DNA of 64,000 bases from Balanoglossus misakiensis (Eukaryota > Animalia > Hemichordata): positions 7,211,919 to 7,275,918 of the forward strand of contig CM082584.2 in NCBI GenBank assembly GCA_040954595.2, in the 5' to 3' direction. Position numbers and translations under genes: made by a program. Each line of letters starts with the position of its first letter. The first letter of the stretch is position 1. A model generated the notes under the pieces. That model had not been told where the DNA came from, made no database searches, and worked only from the letters and a program-made list of their open reading frames with translations. This document shows positions 1 through 13,600 of this stretch, one piece after another.

Positions 1-639
1 TACATCAGTATATCGCCATCATGTAATACCAGTCATGCAAAACCTGTAATGGATGATTTGGAGATAACTGCCAGCGATCTGCAGTGGAATTTCATCCCTT
101 AATGAGAGTTTGTGATCAAAGCGCATCTTAATGAAGCATCATTGAATGTATAGGCTGTTTTTAATTCTGTTCAGATGGCTCTCATTATATCATGCTCCTC
201 TCTAGATATTTCATGACGTAGAGTTTCTGATAACGCTGGCGCTGTTTTGGCTATTATGTAATTTTTCGGTCACGGAACATCAGATATAAATTTAAGAAAT
301 TGCTTGCATATTCAGTTAATTTTAGAAATTCGGTCAGAGTCTTCCCAATGCTGCTCTGGTGTCTGCAGCCGTGAGGTCTTACGGTGACTCCCGTGATTTT
401 ACAAGGATTTCTCTGCCTCAGCACCCTGGAGTACAGTCTTTGGCTTTCACAATGTTCAGTGCTGCTACTAGAATTGAGAAAAAAAACACTTTTGGACTAG
501 TATCGCTCATCGCCTGGCCTGGAATGTTAATGCTTCTGATGTTGAAAAATGCACACAGCATGTTTAGATCCACAGTTCAGTTGATTTCCGTTACAGCTTA
601 TGTTGTTTACCTTGGGGTCACTCAACTGATAAAAAAGGT

Positions 640-842
640 GTATTGTGTGTATGCGTAGATGTACATGTGTGTGTGTGTGTGTGTGGATGCTTCTATCTGT
701 GTGTGTTTGTCTTTATACAAGTATGTACAATGTGTATGTATGTACATGCATCATACATGTGTGTGTCATGATGTACATGTACAAATGTATGTGTGTACAT
801 AATGTGTATGTATGTATTCATGTCGTACACAAATAAATGTAT
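640..842. repeat. Degenerate (TG)n/(TGTA)n microsatellite
   Basis: tgtgtgtgtgtgtgtgtg core within tgta/catg-rich sequence. Confidence 0.8.
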
Positions 843-1342
843 CACAGGCCTTGTAGGCATTCTGTCCTGTCCTCAGTTGTCAGTCAACATAGAGGCTGTC
901 TAAGGAGTCATTTCAGGTCATGTGTGCATGGGTAATTACAATCACATTGGGGGCAAACAGCCAGCTGGATGTCATTACACAGGTGGTGATTAATGACCCT
1001 AATTAGTTTAAGATAATCAAATGTTTGTTTAGACAATTAGCTGTGAAGTAATAGAAGGCAACCATAAAAATTGGATTAGGGGAATTTGATTAGGAGACCC
1101 AATTACTCAGAGTTTATGTGAGTCTGTGAACTTAAAGTGTATACATACAAGGACATGTAAATAGTGGACCCACAGTGTGTGTTTATGTTTGTGGTCAGAA
1201 CTCTGTGTTTATTTTTTTGGCAGGGCTAGTGGCCCCAAGAGGGGACTTGCTTGTTTCTGGTATGTACACTTGTACTTGGGGTCTGAGAGGGGGAAGTATT
1301 TGTTGACAGATACATGTAAAAGTAGTTGACGCAATTCATGTT

Positions 1343-1368
1343 TGCTGTGCTGTGCTGTGCTGTGCTGT
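1343..1368. repeat. (TGCTG)n pentamer microsatellite
   Basis: tgctgtgctgtgctgtgctgtgctgt. Confidence 0.75.
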
Positions 1369-4300
1369 AGGAAATAGGCGAAGTCAGCAGTCAGCAACAT
1401 TTTTCCACATAAAAATTTGTAAGCTTGTTTTATTTTTGTGTAATTTTAATCACATACCCCTTTAAAATTAAGGTCTTGGCACAAAATAGAAGTATGTTTT
1501 GGGGTAATTATATCTGAATTCAGTTTAGGCAAGAATTGCCTAATTGAAAAGTTTTAAGTACCTAACAAGGAGGGCAATAGGCATGGTAGCCCAAGACAGA
1601 TTTCACCATCAGCTATAAGAAACTTAAATGATAGTAAGAGTCAGTCATCTACCGACATACACTTTTTTCATTGTCATGTGAGCAAATGTTGGCGATTCAA
1701 ACTGTGAAAGTTTCGAAAGAGTATACGCCATTGGAACCGATCCCAAGAGATTAAAATTTTTTCAGAGATACTTCATATCTTTTTCCGTTGAGTGCTGGGT
1801 TTCCTGTCGAACCGTCTCCGTGAATGAGTCTCATTCTTTGTGGCCCATTCATTGCTATTCTAGTCCGATCGGCGGTGGCGTGCACGTGAGCCGGCAAAGT
1901 AGAACGGATGACCTCTGGCTATTAACACAGCATTGTTCGCGCGGAGAAAGGCGATTGTGGGCCCGAACGGTTGCCCTGCAGTCACAGAAATTTCCCATGG
2001 GTTGGTCACTTATTGAGGGGGTCGCTCTCTCTGTGGATTTGAGTTTTCAAGCCGAGGTGAGATATCCGACTAGTTTTTGCCAGTTTTTATCAGAAACCTG
2101 ACGAATATGCTTTCTGTGGTTGGATGTCGCTGATAGCTGTGCTGGTATAAGGTGAGAACAGAACGTGTTTTCATCGCCGAACTTGTGTCATTAGGACGTT
2201 GTAATTCACCCACCAACTTTCACGAACGTGATGGCAGGCTTCAGACTCTGAACACCATGAAACCCTGTATATGTGTTTCTGCATCTGTTATGATGGTGAT
2301 GAAACATGTCAGCTTATTTGTTTCGATGTTCCTTGTCTACACGCACGGCAAGTCATGTATGTGAGCTGAGCCCAAACCCACACTGACACCCCATACACAC
2401 ATTATGGTACAGTCATACAGTGAAGTCTGTACATACAATGTAAGACACACTGGTAACTGTCCTTGTCACAGCTGGAATCATTCACTAAAGGAGAATTCTG
2501 GAGAGTTTTCATTACAAAATGAATGAGATCGTACATTTTTCTCTAATGCATCAGTTTCATTTGCAGAGTCAGAGAAAATCAAGATGCCTTGATGCGTTGA
2601 GCACCAGCTGATCATTTCAAAATAGCACATGCTAATTGCTGTCTGGTCAGTGCCAGCCAGTAACTTACATGTAGCATACCGGCCTGTGTAGTCTAATATT
2701 CATTTATTTTTTTCACATGCTGCAGTGATTTTCTCAGTATTTTTATTCTTTGAAGCCGTGGCGAATAGGTGTATGAAATGATGACGGTTATGGCAGTTGA
2801 AAAGCGACACAAAAATAGAACCTTGTGAAATTAGTATGCATTGGGGTACTGGCGGTTGTCTCAATGTTTTAGTGAAAGGCCTCTTTGTACGGCTGCTCGC
2901 AATGGCAGTACAGTCATCGCCAGGACCACTGTTGGCAGCGATTTCTCATTCATTCATTCATTCACAACACGTTGGTTCCCAAACGTACTCAGCGAAAGGA
3001 AACCAGGTGCAAACAAGCACATCCTTTCCCACGTGCGGGACAAAAGAGTTCTTCAAAAATCACCTCCTTCCTCAGAAACAAAAAAAATTATTGCCAGTCA
3101 CATTTTGTTCTGTAGATTTTATCGGTGTATTAACACTGATGAACTAAGTTGAACTTTGCCATCATTCCTTGTCAGGTAGTAATGGATTCAGATTGAGCAA
3201 ATTTACTTCACAATATATAATGAGAAATAAATGGAGGATTTCCACTTTTTGAAATTGAATGTAATATCAAACAATCCCTATATTGGTTATTAATCAGATT
3301 TCGTAGAAATCCATATGCCAATTGCATGACAAACTCACTAAATCTCATTATCTTAACCGAACATTTACCTGATGAAGTGACATTTTGTTAATAGTGTTTT
3401 CTTCTACCAATATTTGAAGGAGGTGGATAGCTCCCTGTTAAATATCAGCAAAGTTCTAAATGAAAATCCTTGCCTTGTATCTAGAAATTTTGGGTAAATT
3501 TACGAGAAGAAACCAGTTGAATTCAATGTGAAGTTGTGAAAATTTTAGCAAGTGACGTTTGCAGAGGTTCCGATGGTGGCAGGAAGGCCGAAATTGCATC
3601 ATGGGAATGGTAGGAGCCATAGGTGTTTTAGCATTCCGGTAATGAATGGTAATCGCAGTCAAGCAAATAGGTTGGAATGTGGACAGATTGCTGCGCTCAC
3701 GGTGTAGAGTGCACGTACATGTACAGTACAGCCAGGTTTGCAAACACAAGGAGGTTTATTTTGGAAAGAATCATTTCACAGTGATAGATGATAAGACAAG
3801 TTAGTGAGGATTTGATTCTTTGGGCTGATTTCTGTCCTGTGGGTCTCCTTGGAATGTGCATTTCTTGATTAAAAACAAATCCAGTACTTGATCCAGATGC
3901 AGATCCCTTCATCAATGATGTCATATTTTGTTTAGTTCAAGCTTGTATTTGTTTGTAATTTATCGCTGTGATTGATCACACCATTGCAAGAGAGATGGAT
4001 TTAGAGGAAAAATCCTATCCCGAATTTAAAATATTGTCATATGAGTAGCGTTTTCACCTTACATTCTTCCCTAAGAAATTCTGTGGTTATTTAACTTTTT
4101 GAATACAGTGAAATTGACACTTTCAATTATTTCGACTTTAGAGACTTAAAAGAGAGAAATTACGGCGATCTTTATCAGTGTACACGCAAGGTCAAAGATC
4201 AACATTACAGTGCGAATAATTATAGCGACCATCTTCAGATCACAAAGTGATGGATGTGTAAGATCTGAGAGTTCATCCGTGATGTCATTGCTGTCGCATT

Positions 4301-7300
4301 ACATGTGAAGGTTCTGTGTGATTGTTTGAATAACTTCCCCATTGCATCTTCTAGAATGACGGCCAACACATTTTGGTCAAATTGGGGTGTTTTTTCAAGA
4401 TTCGGCCCTGCATGGACTGCATGTGCAGTGACAAATGCACTGTAGATCACCAGGAAAATCTTCATGCATCATTGATGGTTCGTTTAGGCTTAGACGCCAC
4501 TGCAAATCTGCAAATCTAATGAGTATGCCAACACAGTTCAATATTTCATGCAGTGATCAATGTGTGAGCAAAGTCCTGTACAGATTGTTCTTCATTTTGA
4601 CTGTTTTTCCGTTAATCTCCGATCAACATTTGGCGATTTTCCTGGTGATTTGGTTAATCTGAATGGCATATACCAAGCCAGGCAGAAAATAGATTTTCTC
4701 CCATAAAGATAATCAATATCGTGGCCAGCATCTTCGCCATGGCAACTTAAGATGCAGTGCCTTCCATCTTCCTCAGTGTCAAACATAAATTGCAGCTATT
4801 ATCTTGGGGACTGTTGTGAATTTGTGAATTAAGTTTTATCGTGGTGAACGTCACAGTGATTTGCCGTGGAGATGAAGTTTGAAATCATTATTTTGCTTCA
4901 AACTTAATTACCTATCCAATATTCTAATCAGAGACGCACTTTCAATTTCAGGGAATTGACTTGCTTATCAGAAATCCCGTAGGTCACAGGAGGTTAAAGG
5001 TCATGACATTCGGTCGCACACGTATATTGTGCTTGAGAAAACTTTCGCCAGCAAGCATTCCCTGTTTTCATTGAAGGTGTGCTGAGCCAGAACTGTTGTT
5101 TAAGAAAAGTGTTAGTGCAGAAGTGTTTGAAATATTTACCCAGAATTGCTGTATGGCACATAGCATGCTGTAGTTGTTTGAGAAACCAATATTTAGCTTT
5201 ACTTTGAACTTTGCCAATGTGTGGCATCTATTGAAGCATCTATAGAAGTCACTGCAAATTGCAAAACACAATGGAAGGTTTTGCTGGTTTGGACAGTGTA
5301 AACAGATTGATTATGCATCCAAACACAAGAGTCAATCCAGAAAAAAATGTACCCCTGAGAAGATGAAAAGAGTGCTAGTGGTTTTAGGTTTTCTGCCCAA
5401 CAAAAACCCACATACCCATATGTATGCACAATGCGATGCAGTGATAATGGCAGTGGATTTAGCCGCTGGAGATGACCTCGGTGTATGAAAAGGGGTATTT
5501 CTGTGTCAATGCCACTGCCATTTCCAACAGAATATTTTGTAAGATTTGCTGGTCTTTTGTGGATCAGCTCATTCCACTGCAATAGGGGTGGTTGCATACT
5601 GATTTTCTGAATTGTTCAGATAAGCTTCCAACAAGAATCAGTTTCGGATATCCTTATTGGAGTTAGCTAGTGCACTGATGTCCAAGTATAATTTTGCTTT
5701 ATCCAAAAACTAGACCAAGTCATGAAAACCACACTCATTTTCTTCCACTGCTATAAAACACTAAGAGGTGTCTGCAATCCTTCAATCCGTCAATAATGAT
5801 AATGTATAATGGTACATTAAAAACCACACAAACCTGACTGGTAATGTTAGATGGCTATAAATATGACCAACTTGTTCGTCATTATAGTGGCAGTGTATTA
5901 CGAGAATCAAGCCCACTTGGAAACTACGTAAGCACTGGTTGGTCGGAACTACATGCTTCGTCGAGCAAAACCGTTTTGTATTAAGGCGTAATGGTACATT
6001 TGTGACGTGATGCCAAGCCCCTGTACTGTGTCCTTGAATGGCTTTGCGGTTTTGTTCTTTTTTTTGGGTAATCTGAATTCTTGTCGTTCGTATGATACAT
6101 CAGTGGACATTCTGTCTGTAAAAGTCATCTGCATGTGTCATCATTAAATATTTTTTGAAGCGACAGGTGGTCTTATGTTTGCCCTTGTGCAAATCTAAAG
6201 CTGTGAGAGTATAATTTAATTTAATCGTCGGAACCAGGTTTTCAAAATCAGTCACCTTTCCACAGTTGGAAAATACTAGTTGCAAACAAACAACTTAAAT
6301 TTTCATAGGGTGAAAAACTGTATCAACTTGCAGTTCTAAGTGTTTTGAGATGAGGGAAGACCATAAGAGAATATCACATCCCCAAGGACCTCGGATCAGA
6401 TTTCTTACACAAGTTGGGGATATTTTGTCTCACACAATTAAGCTGCAGGCCAGTGGGAGACAATTATCCTCAATGACTGTAAGAAATGTTATCCAAGGTC
6501 CTTGATGTGTGTGATCTTCTCACATGACCACAAAATGTGTTACATGTAACTTTGTAAGTTAATACCAGTACTAGAATCTTTGAATTGTTTCATTGTAGTT
6601 CATGATCACATACTACACATGTCATAGGATAATATTTCGATCAAAGGACATTTATTATGTAAATATTCTAGGTTAGAGGCCCTTTAATGTGATTGTGTGT
6701 TAGGCCCATCAAAAACTAGGACAGTTACAAGTTAGAGAATCCTGAACAGGTCAGGATGTAATAAATCTGAAGAAAGGAGCAGACACTATTATAGGCAACA
6801 TATAGTGTGATCATAAATATAATTTTATGACTACACTGAAGTTGGCAGTTACTCTGACACTTTTGTTCTGCTGTTGTCACCACGTCAGCGACACTTCAGC
6901 GAGGTTCGACCATTGGTTCGCAGTTCACCGTGCGTTACAAAAGTGAATTACCTAAACTCTGCACATCTTCTTTGTGTGCCATTGTGAATGACGAACGAAC
7001 AGGCTTCCTTCGAGAGGAAGAAAAAAAGAACAAATTAAAGGAGAAAGAAAGAGCCAGGCGGATAATGCGCCGGTTTCATTGAAAGGAAAAATGTTAATGA
7101 CGTGCTTTTAGTAACTGGGAGTTCATCCCACACACATAGTGACATGCACTCGGACTCCGATATCGCCACTTCCTTTAGACACACCTCTCTCGTATGGTAA
7201 TCGTCTCCTTGCTTTGTGTTCGAATGAAAAGGTAAATGTTACCGAATGCTATCTTAGTCAGTAATCTTTGACTCTGGATTTTTTTTAAAGGAAATGCTTA

Positions 7301-10300
7301 GTGCGTGTTTATTCCAGAAATTACCAGTCATTTCGAGAGATTACGGTAGTGTGCGACCATGTTACGCGGACCGGTTTGTTTAAAGGCCCCACATGTGTTC
7401 ACAAAAACGGCGAAGGCTACTTGACGTATTGACGGGACAAAACCCAACACAATTATATTGTGCGATATCAGGTATTTTTCCTTTCACTCCTTTTGTAAAG
7501 AAGAGACTGACCGTTGCCATTATGTCGACATCATGAAGCACATTATTGACCAGGTCGCCCAAAGGTCAGAGATAGTGACTTAATTTTGAAAAAACTGATT
7601 GACTGTTCACCAAAATACAAGTTCGTGTCGACAGAGACAGTTCAACGTACAGTTACTTGTACCTGGAAAATAGTTAATGCCTGCATTTGCATCCGCAATG
7701 TTGATAATTATGTTGATCTCCTATTGTAAGAAAACATGGAGAGGTGAATTCATCGTATTCACCTTTAATACCAGACAGACAAAATAATCTCTGGTGCCAC
7801 TTTGCTGTTACGATAACATGTCTTTGTGTTTTATGACTTCTGATAAAACTTCAAAGTGTGTTCAGATTAATGGCTGATCAAACATCATGCCTCTGTTATA
7901 TGAAGGAGTGACTCATTCAGTAAAATTACCTTGAGTAAAAAAATGTCTGTGCTGTGGGGAGCCTGCAGTTGCGAATTGATCAGTTCATTTTATGACCCCA
8001 AAGGAACAGTGGAATGCCCTGTCGGCCAGAGAATGAACCTTCTTTTGTGTCCAGCTCTGTGCAGTATTAACTGTAGGGCACTTTGTTTGTTCTCTGTAAC
8101 CTTGACAAATTTTACCTTGCGCCGGCTAGTATTATCCGGTAAAGACTTGTCTAAGAAAACTATCGCCACTGTGTATCTGATGCCAAATTCTGGTCTTGTA
8201 CACATTAGATATAGAGAGAAATAAATTGTACCTGTTGGTATTAATTTTGTGACGTCAAATCAAGATGACCAGGCCGTTTATACAAAATAAAGTTTGTCAA
8301 TTTACATTGAGTCAGCTGTTAGTCCAACTGTGCCATGTTTGATTCTATACAGATTGACAGACCCCACGGGCTGAACAAAAAAGCACTTTACCACTTCGTC
8401 ATTTCTAGGTCAAGTGACCATTTGACAATTGTAAATTTGAAAAATGGTCTCCAAAATACGAAAAAAAACTTGCTAATCTACAAAGAAGGATTTCTGTACA
8501 TTTTGTCGTAACCTGTGTATGTACCGTTTCTACCTGGGTAGTTCACAATACACAGTGTTGGTTATAATGCATGGTAATTCAATACTAAAAGTTTTTTTGT
8601 TTTGTTGTGTTTTGTGGGATATGAGTCACTGGGAACCCAGTGGTCTTAGCTGAATTAGTTTCTAATTGTGTCCAGTTTAGGAATTCTTGTCTGTCTGTTG
8701 TAGGGCGACCTTCTAAACGAGCAGTTCTTTCATGTTGCATTCCTCTCCATGCCTCAACAATTCACAGAGACCATGGGTTCATGAATTAACGGATGTCGGG
8801 TGACGTGTGTATACGCGACCGCCACACTTTTGGCAGTTACCTGCCAGACGTCCTTAGTACTATAAATCTTTCAACTTGTGGGGTTAATTTGCATAAAATG
8901 GCACCGATGTTGTTAATTATTGTCTCGAAAGCAGGGCATAGGTCGTTCACTTGCGTGTGTATTATGCGGGCAGTGGCTCTCATTAGGCTACTGGTCGTAC
9001 AAACTTGAGAAATATATTCAGCGTCATACACAGTCATGTACACGTGATAATTGTACAATTTCAATTTCATATGGATTTCTCTGTTGGTGGTATGTGCACC
9101 AAGCAAATCTCCCACAATGCTTTGCGTGTCAAGTGTTGAATAAGAAATTAAATTGTAGATAATGCCTGAAAAAAAATGTGACAAACTGCAATTTTGTCCC
9201 ATTTCTGACTATATACAAGATTCTACTCCCTGACTGTTAGATATGACTGCAACTCAGTCTGGAGATGGGGTCTTTGTTAAAATAGGAAATATTTTGTGTG
9301 CATCATTCACAGAATGGATGGCAATTATTTCACAGACTGTTTCGTACAGTGAATATCATTCACATTTATAAAACATTCATTCATGTCTTGAGGACATTTA
9401 CATCCAGTAACCTCACATGCTTTCCTGTGATGTACTCGCATACCTGACAAATTAAAAAGGGGACCCAATGGTGTTAGCATCTACAAAGAATGAAGCAGCC
9501 ATAGATAGTAATTCAATCTGTCGATATAAATCAGTTGCAACATATCAGGCCTATTTGAGTAATTTACTTTTTAACGGAACTGATTACTGATTCGATCGTC
9601 TAGATATTAAAATACTGCAAAATGACTAAATAAACTTTAATTTATTTCCTTTCGCTGTCCCGGTTGCGCGTAGGTGTCTTCAATCAGGCAGACTTGCTGG
9701 TAAGCACGTCTTCCTTCGACTATTAAGTGCTTTCAATTTCCTTCTAATTTTGATTGATGGCAGAAACCACTTTAGTCGTAACTACGGGAGATAAAAATAA
9801 GAGACTACAGCCAGTGGGGTACAGCTATGGTTGTGTCAGATGTGGCCGTCTTTTGAGAAAGAATTAAAGGTTCTAGGAGATATTATCAGAGTTTTATTTA
9901 ATACATAGCGGTCATTGCTCCGTTATTAATTTTTCATCAGCCTGTACTGATATGAAGATTTCATGGTATGTGTGATAAATCTCCGAAGTCGAAATGAAAT
10001 CTGAAGGATCTTGTATATTATTGTAACCGGAACGGAAAAAATATGTCGATGAGAATTATGTGTAGTATTTGTACTGTAGAAGAAGCTATCGTCAGCTTAG
10101 GCAGTGGGTGGCGACGCCCACTATCTTCACATTGTTCATTTAATTGTCATTTGGTTACATCAAGAACATGCTTTGGCGGGCGAATGAAGCATTGAGAACA
10201 GTTATGCAGTCCGACATAATACAAGGAGGTGACTCACTAAATCAACAGAATTATTCCCTTGGCACACGTAAATAAAAACACTATCTGGGCTACAGCTTTA

Positions 10301-10562
10301 CTGGACACTAAACTGTCCATCTCCTGAACGATGTTTTGTTATCAAGTTTTGTTTTGCTTTTTTCCACTAGACAAACTCACTTGAAAAATAGTTAACAATT
10401 TATCTGTTCATACTATCTAGACAAGAAAATCAATTACATCATCATCATATTAAAATATTGCCTATTTTTCCTTGACAGATTTATTCAGATGTAGATGGTA
10501 GAAAACTAGAAGATTATCATCACTTCACCTTTTTTTGAGATCTTCGTTAATTTTTTCAGAAG

Positions 10563-10623
10563 ATGGGAACTGTACACAGGGCAGTGGTTTTGCTGCTGTG
10601 TGTAGCAATAGCTGATCTTATAG
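10563..10623 (+). CDS. ADGRL: Latrophilin coding exon 1, signal peptide [21 protein letters not shown]
   Basis: tttttcag acceptor at 10559, ATG at 10563, hydrophobic core, gtgagt donor in phase 1 matching the next exon. Confidence 0.8.
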
Positions 10624-13600
10624 GTGAGTGTACATTTCACATGAATTTTTTTGCTAACCCATTTTTTTGCATACTGCATTTACGAGAGACCATTCTCTGA
10701 ATATATGATGATAGATCGAAGGAAATGAATAATTCAACGGAAGAGGGTTACAGTTTTTAACTTGTGTTCGATGACATCAATCAATACAAAGTTCAAGAAT
10801 TATTTGACGAACTGTAACAGTAATTTCTTGTGTACCAAAGAGTGCCATGTCTGAGTAGCCAGGATGCACTCAAGTGTGTGTGTCTAACAAATCATGGTTT
10901 CAAGCTGCAACATCTTGCTCTCTTCCCAGCTAAATATTCATGTATGGGGGTCACAGTACTCAACGTATGTTATTTGTAATTCAATGAAGTCTTCCTGAAA
11001 CAAAACACCCGTCCAGTGAAATGATTCAACTTGGAAGAGTTCTGGGATTTTGAAGTTTTCCTGTTATTATAGTGCAGGAAATATTCTTACATTATTACAT
11101 GATTTAGGTTTTGTGGTCCAGCACACATTGCGACATATTTCAGCTTGATTGGCTCTGCATCTGCACTGAGCTTTAAAGTCAATATGGAACACTAGCACCC
11201 CTAAGCCATTTCATTTCACAATTTATCACCGATTATAAATCACTAGAATTTTATTCCCAGATATAGCCGCACACTGTTTTGAATTTTGATGTTTAAAAAA
11301 AATTATTATGACATTTACGGCGCCTAATGGGGACAGGGATACACTAAGTGGACGTGCATTTGCCACAGACGCGATAATCGAATCAAGATTGGCATACAAG
11401 CCAATTTTCAAAATTCTTTCTTCAATCCCCCAAGGCCTGTGTTGCAATCCTTTTGGCTTTTGAAGGACCTGCTCCGAAGAATTTGCGTTTTACATCGCGT
11501 CGCACATTTCATAGAAAAATATTCATGAAATAAATTGTTCACCTTTAATGACCGCAGGGGTCACATGTCCTCGAAGAAGAGTTCATTTGAGGTTCATGCA
11601 CTGCAATATTTTAAACTCCCACAGTGCATACTAGTGGACTATTTTTTAATCTTTTTTAGAACTGAATTTACTTCAACAGCAGTATTGTCATTCATGGTCT
11701 GTGATTCAGGTTCTCTCAAAGGGGAATAGATTGAAATAGCTTAAAATTAAAGGAAAAAATTTAACTTCTGTGTCGTTGTCAGTTATAAGTTTCCATCGAC
11801 AATGGAGGGAAAAATGCTAAAATTTGGATATGAAACATTCTGTAATAAACATGTCTAGCCACGCTTTCAAGAAATTTGTTTTCAAGATATCTGCCTATCC
11901 CCAAAGTTTCTTCACAAACGATTTTCATGTTTGACACCAAATTCTATCCACTGCTTGTCACTATTTTTTAAACATGGCCGCCTCTGTTGTTAACAGGGGC
12001 CCGTGCGCCAACCCGACAACTGGGACAGATACCCGCCGACGACGAACCGGATGTGTACTACACCGTGGTGTGTCAGAGTCGCAGTATGCAAATCAACTGC
12101 TTTGATGGCAAAGTCATCGATATCCAGATGGCCAACTATGGCCGACACAACACCGATACGTGCTACAAAGAGGGTCAAGTGGAAGATACCAATTGTCGTG
12201 CGACTGGCTCGCTAGAAATTGTCGCAGACAGGTATGTGCTGTGAAGTTTATATCGTAGAGCGTACGTCTGTCGCAGAATAATTAATGCAGTGCAGGCTAA
12301 TTCATACAAGGGCCCTAAATTGCTCTGTTTATGTTTTTGGCACTTTACTCCCTGTTCAGTGTACGTGACCTCATAGGTCACAAAGGGGCAAGGTTCTAAG
12401 GTTATGATTCACCACGAAAATCGATTACTGATTCTCAAATTCAAAATTTTATAGTGTCCACCATAAATTCACTGATTCCTGTAGTCATTATGTATACTAG
12501 TGAAATGACATTTCAAAGGTCACAACTTTCACTTTTGAAGTTTAATGTTTAGGGAGTTACACTCTTAAAAGTTTTGTAGGCAATCAATTTTAAGTGATCC
12601 CTTAGCAACAATTATTGTCATCTTAAATCAGTGAGATTTTTAGCTTCTCAAAAAATATCTGGTAGGTTTCACAGCTTGTAACCCCAATTTCAAACTTAGC
12701 TCTGGTATACAGATAGTGGCAGCCACTTTTTCAGGTTCAAATTTGTGAAAAGATTGTCAGTGGCAGGTCATGCCAGTGTTTTACTTGGAATGTTGTGTCT
12801 TGCCATAAAAAATTATTTGCTCCATGCCCTTGAAGGGAATAGCATTGTGTGTGAGTTCAAGTCAGTGTCAGATATATAGAGGGCGCTGATCTTCCCAATA
12901 GCAGACATTTCAGATGACCATTGCATATTATAATTATTTAAGCCTGTCTTCTGCTGCAGTTTGCTGCACTGCACACAACAGTATCTCTATCGAGACATTT
13001 GCAAAATTAAAGCTCCAGTAACTGCAACTTTGGGCTAGTTTCACAGTATTTTTGTTGTGGGTATCGACTTATGTGGAAAGGAATTTATAATGAGCATAGT
13101 GAACTGATATAATAAGCAACATACTGGAAATGGGAGAAATAATGTTTCCGCACTGCTTGCAGTGGTTTAAAAAATAGTCATGTTTTAAATGTGAGTACAC
13201 ATATGTAGTAGTGCTTCATAGACATTGTGATTACAGCAGTGCACTGTCTTGGCCAATGTTCATACTAACAACGAACCAACCATGGTAGAAGCCCCACCCC
13301 AACCGAAACAAAAATGTCCATTTTCTAATATTTATTAATCCACCTGTTTTGTTGCATGTATTGGCACCCATTTGTAATGCATGTTGAAAACCTCTCAACC
13401 ACACGTAGATGCAATGGTCGCACAGCTTGCGTCATACCTGCGAACAACGGAATATTTGGTGGTGATCCGTGTCGCGGAACTCGCAAATACCTGGAAGTAC
13501 AGTATGAGTGTATGGAACCGGAAAGTAAGTTTGTTTTCTCAACCAGCTGACATCATTTACACACATTTTTTTTTCCCACTCTCCCTTTAATCCTTCACTG

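Noticed and set aside
645-836. Cys/Val/Tyr-rich ORF
   Set aside because: Translation of a TG/TGTA microsatellite
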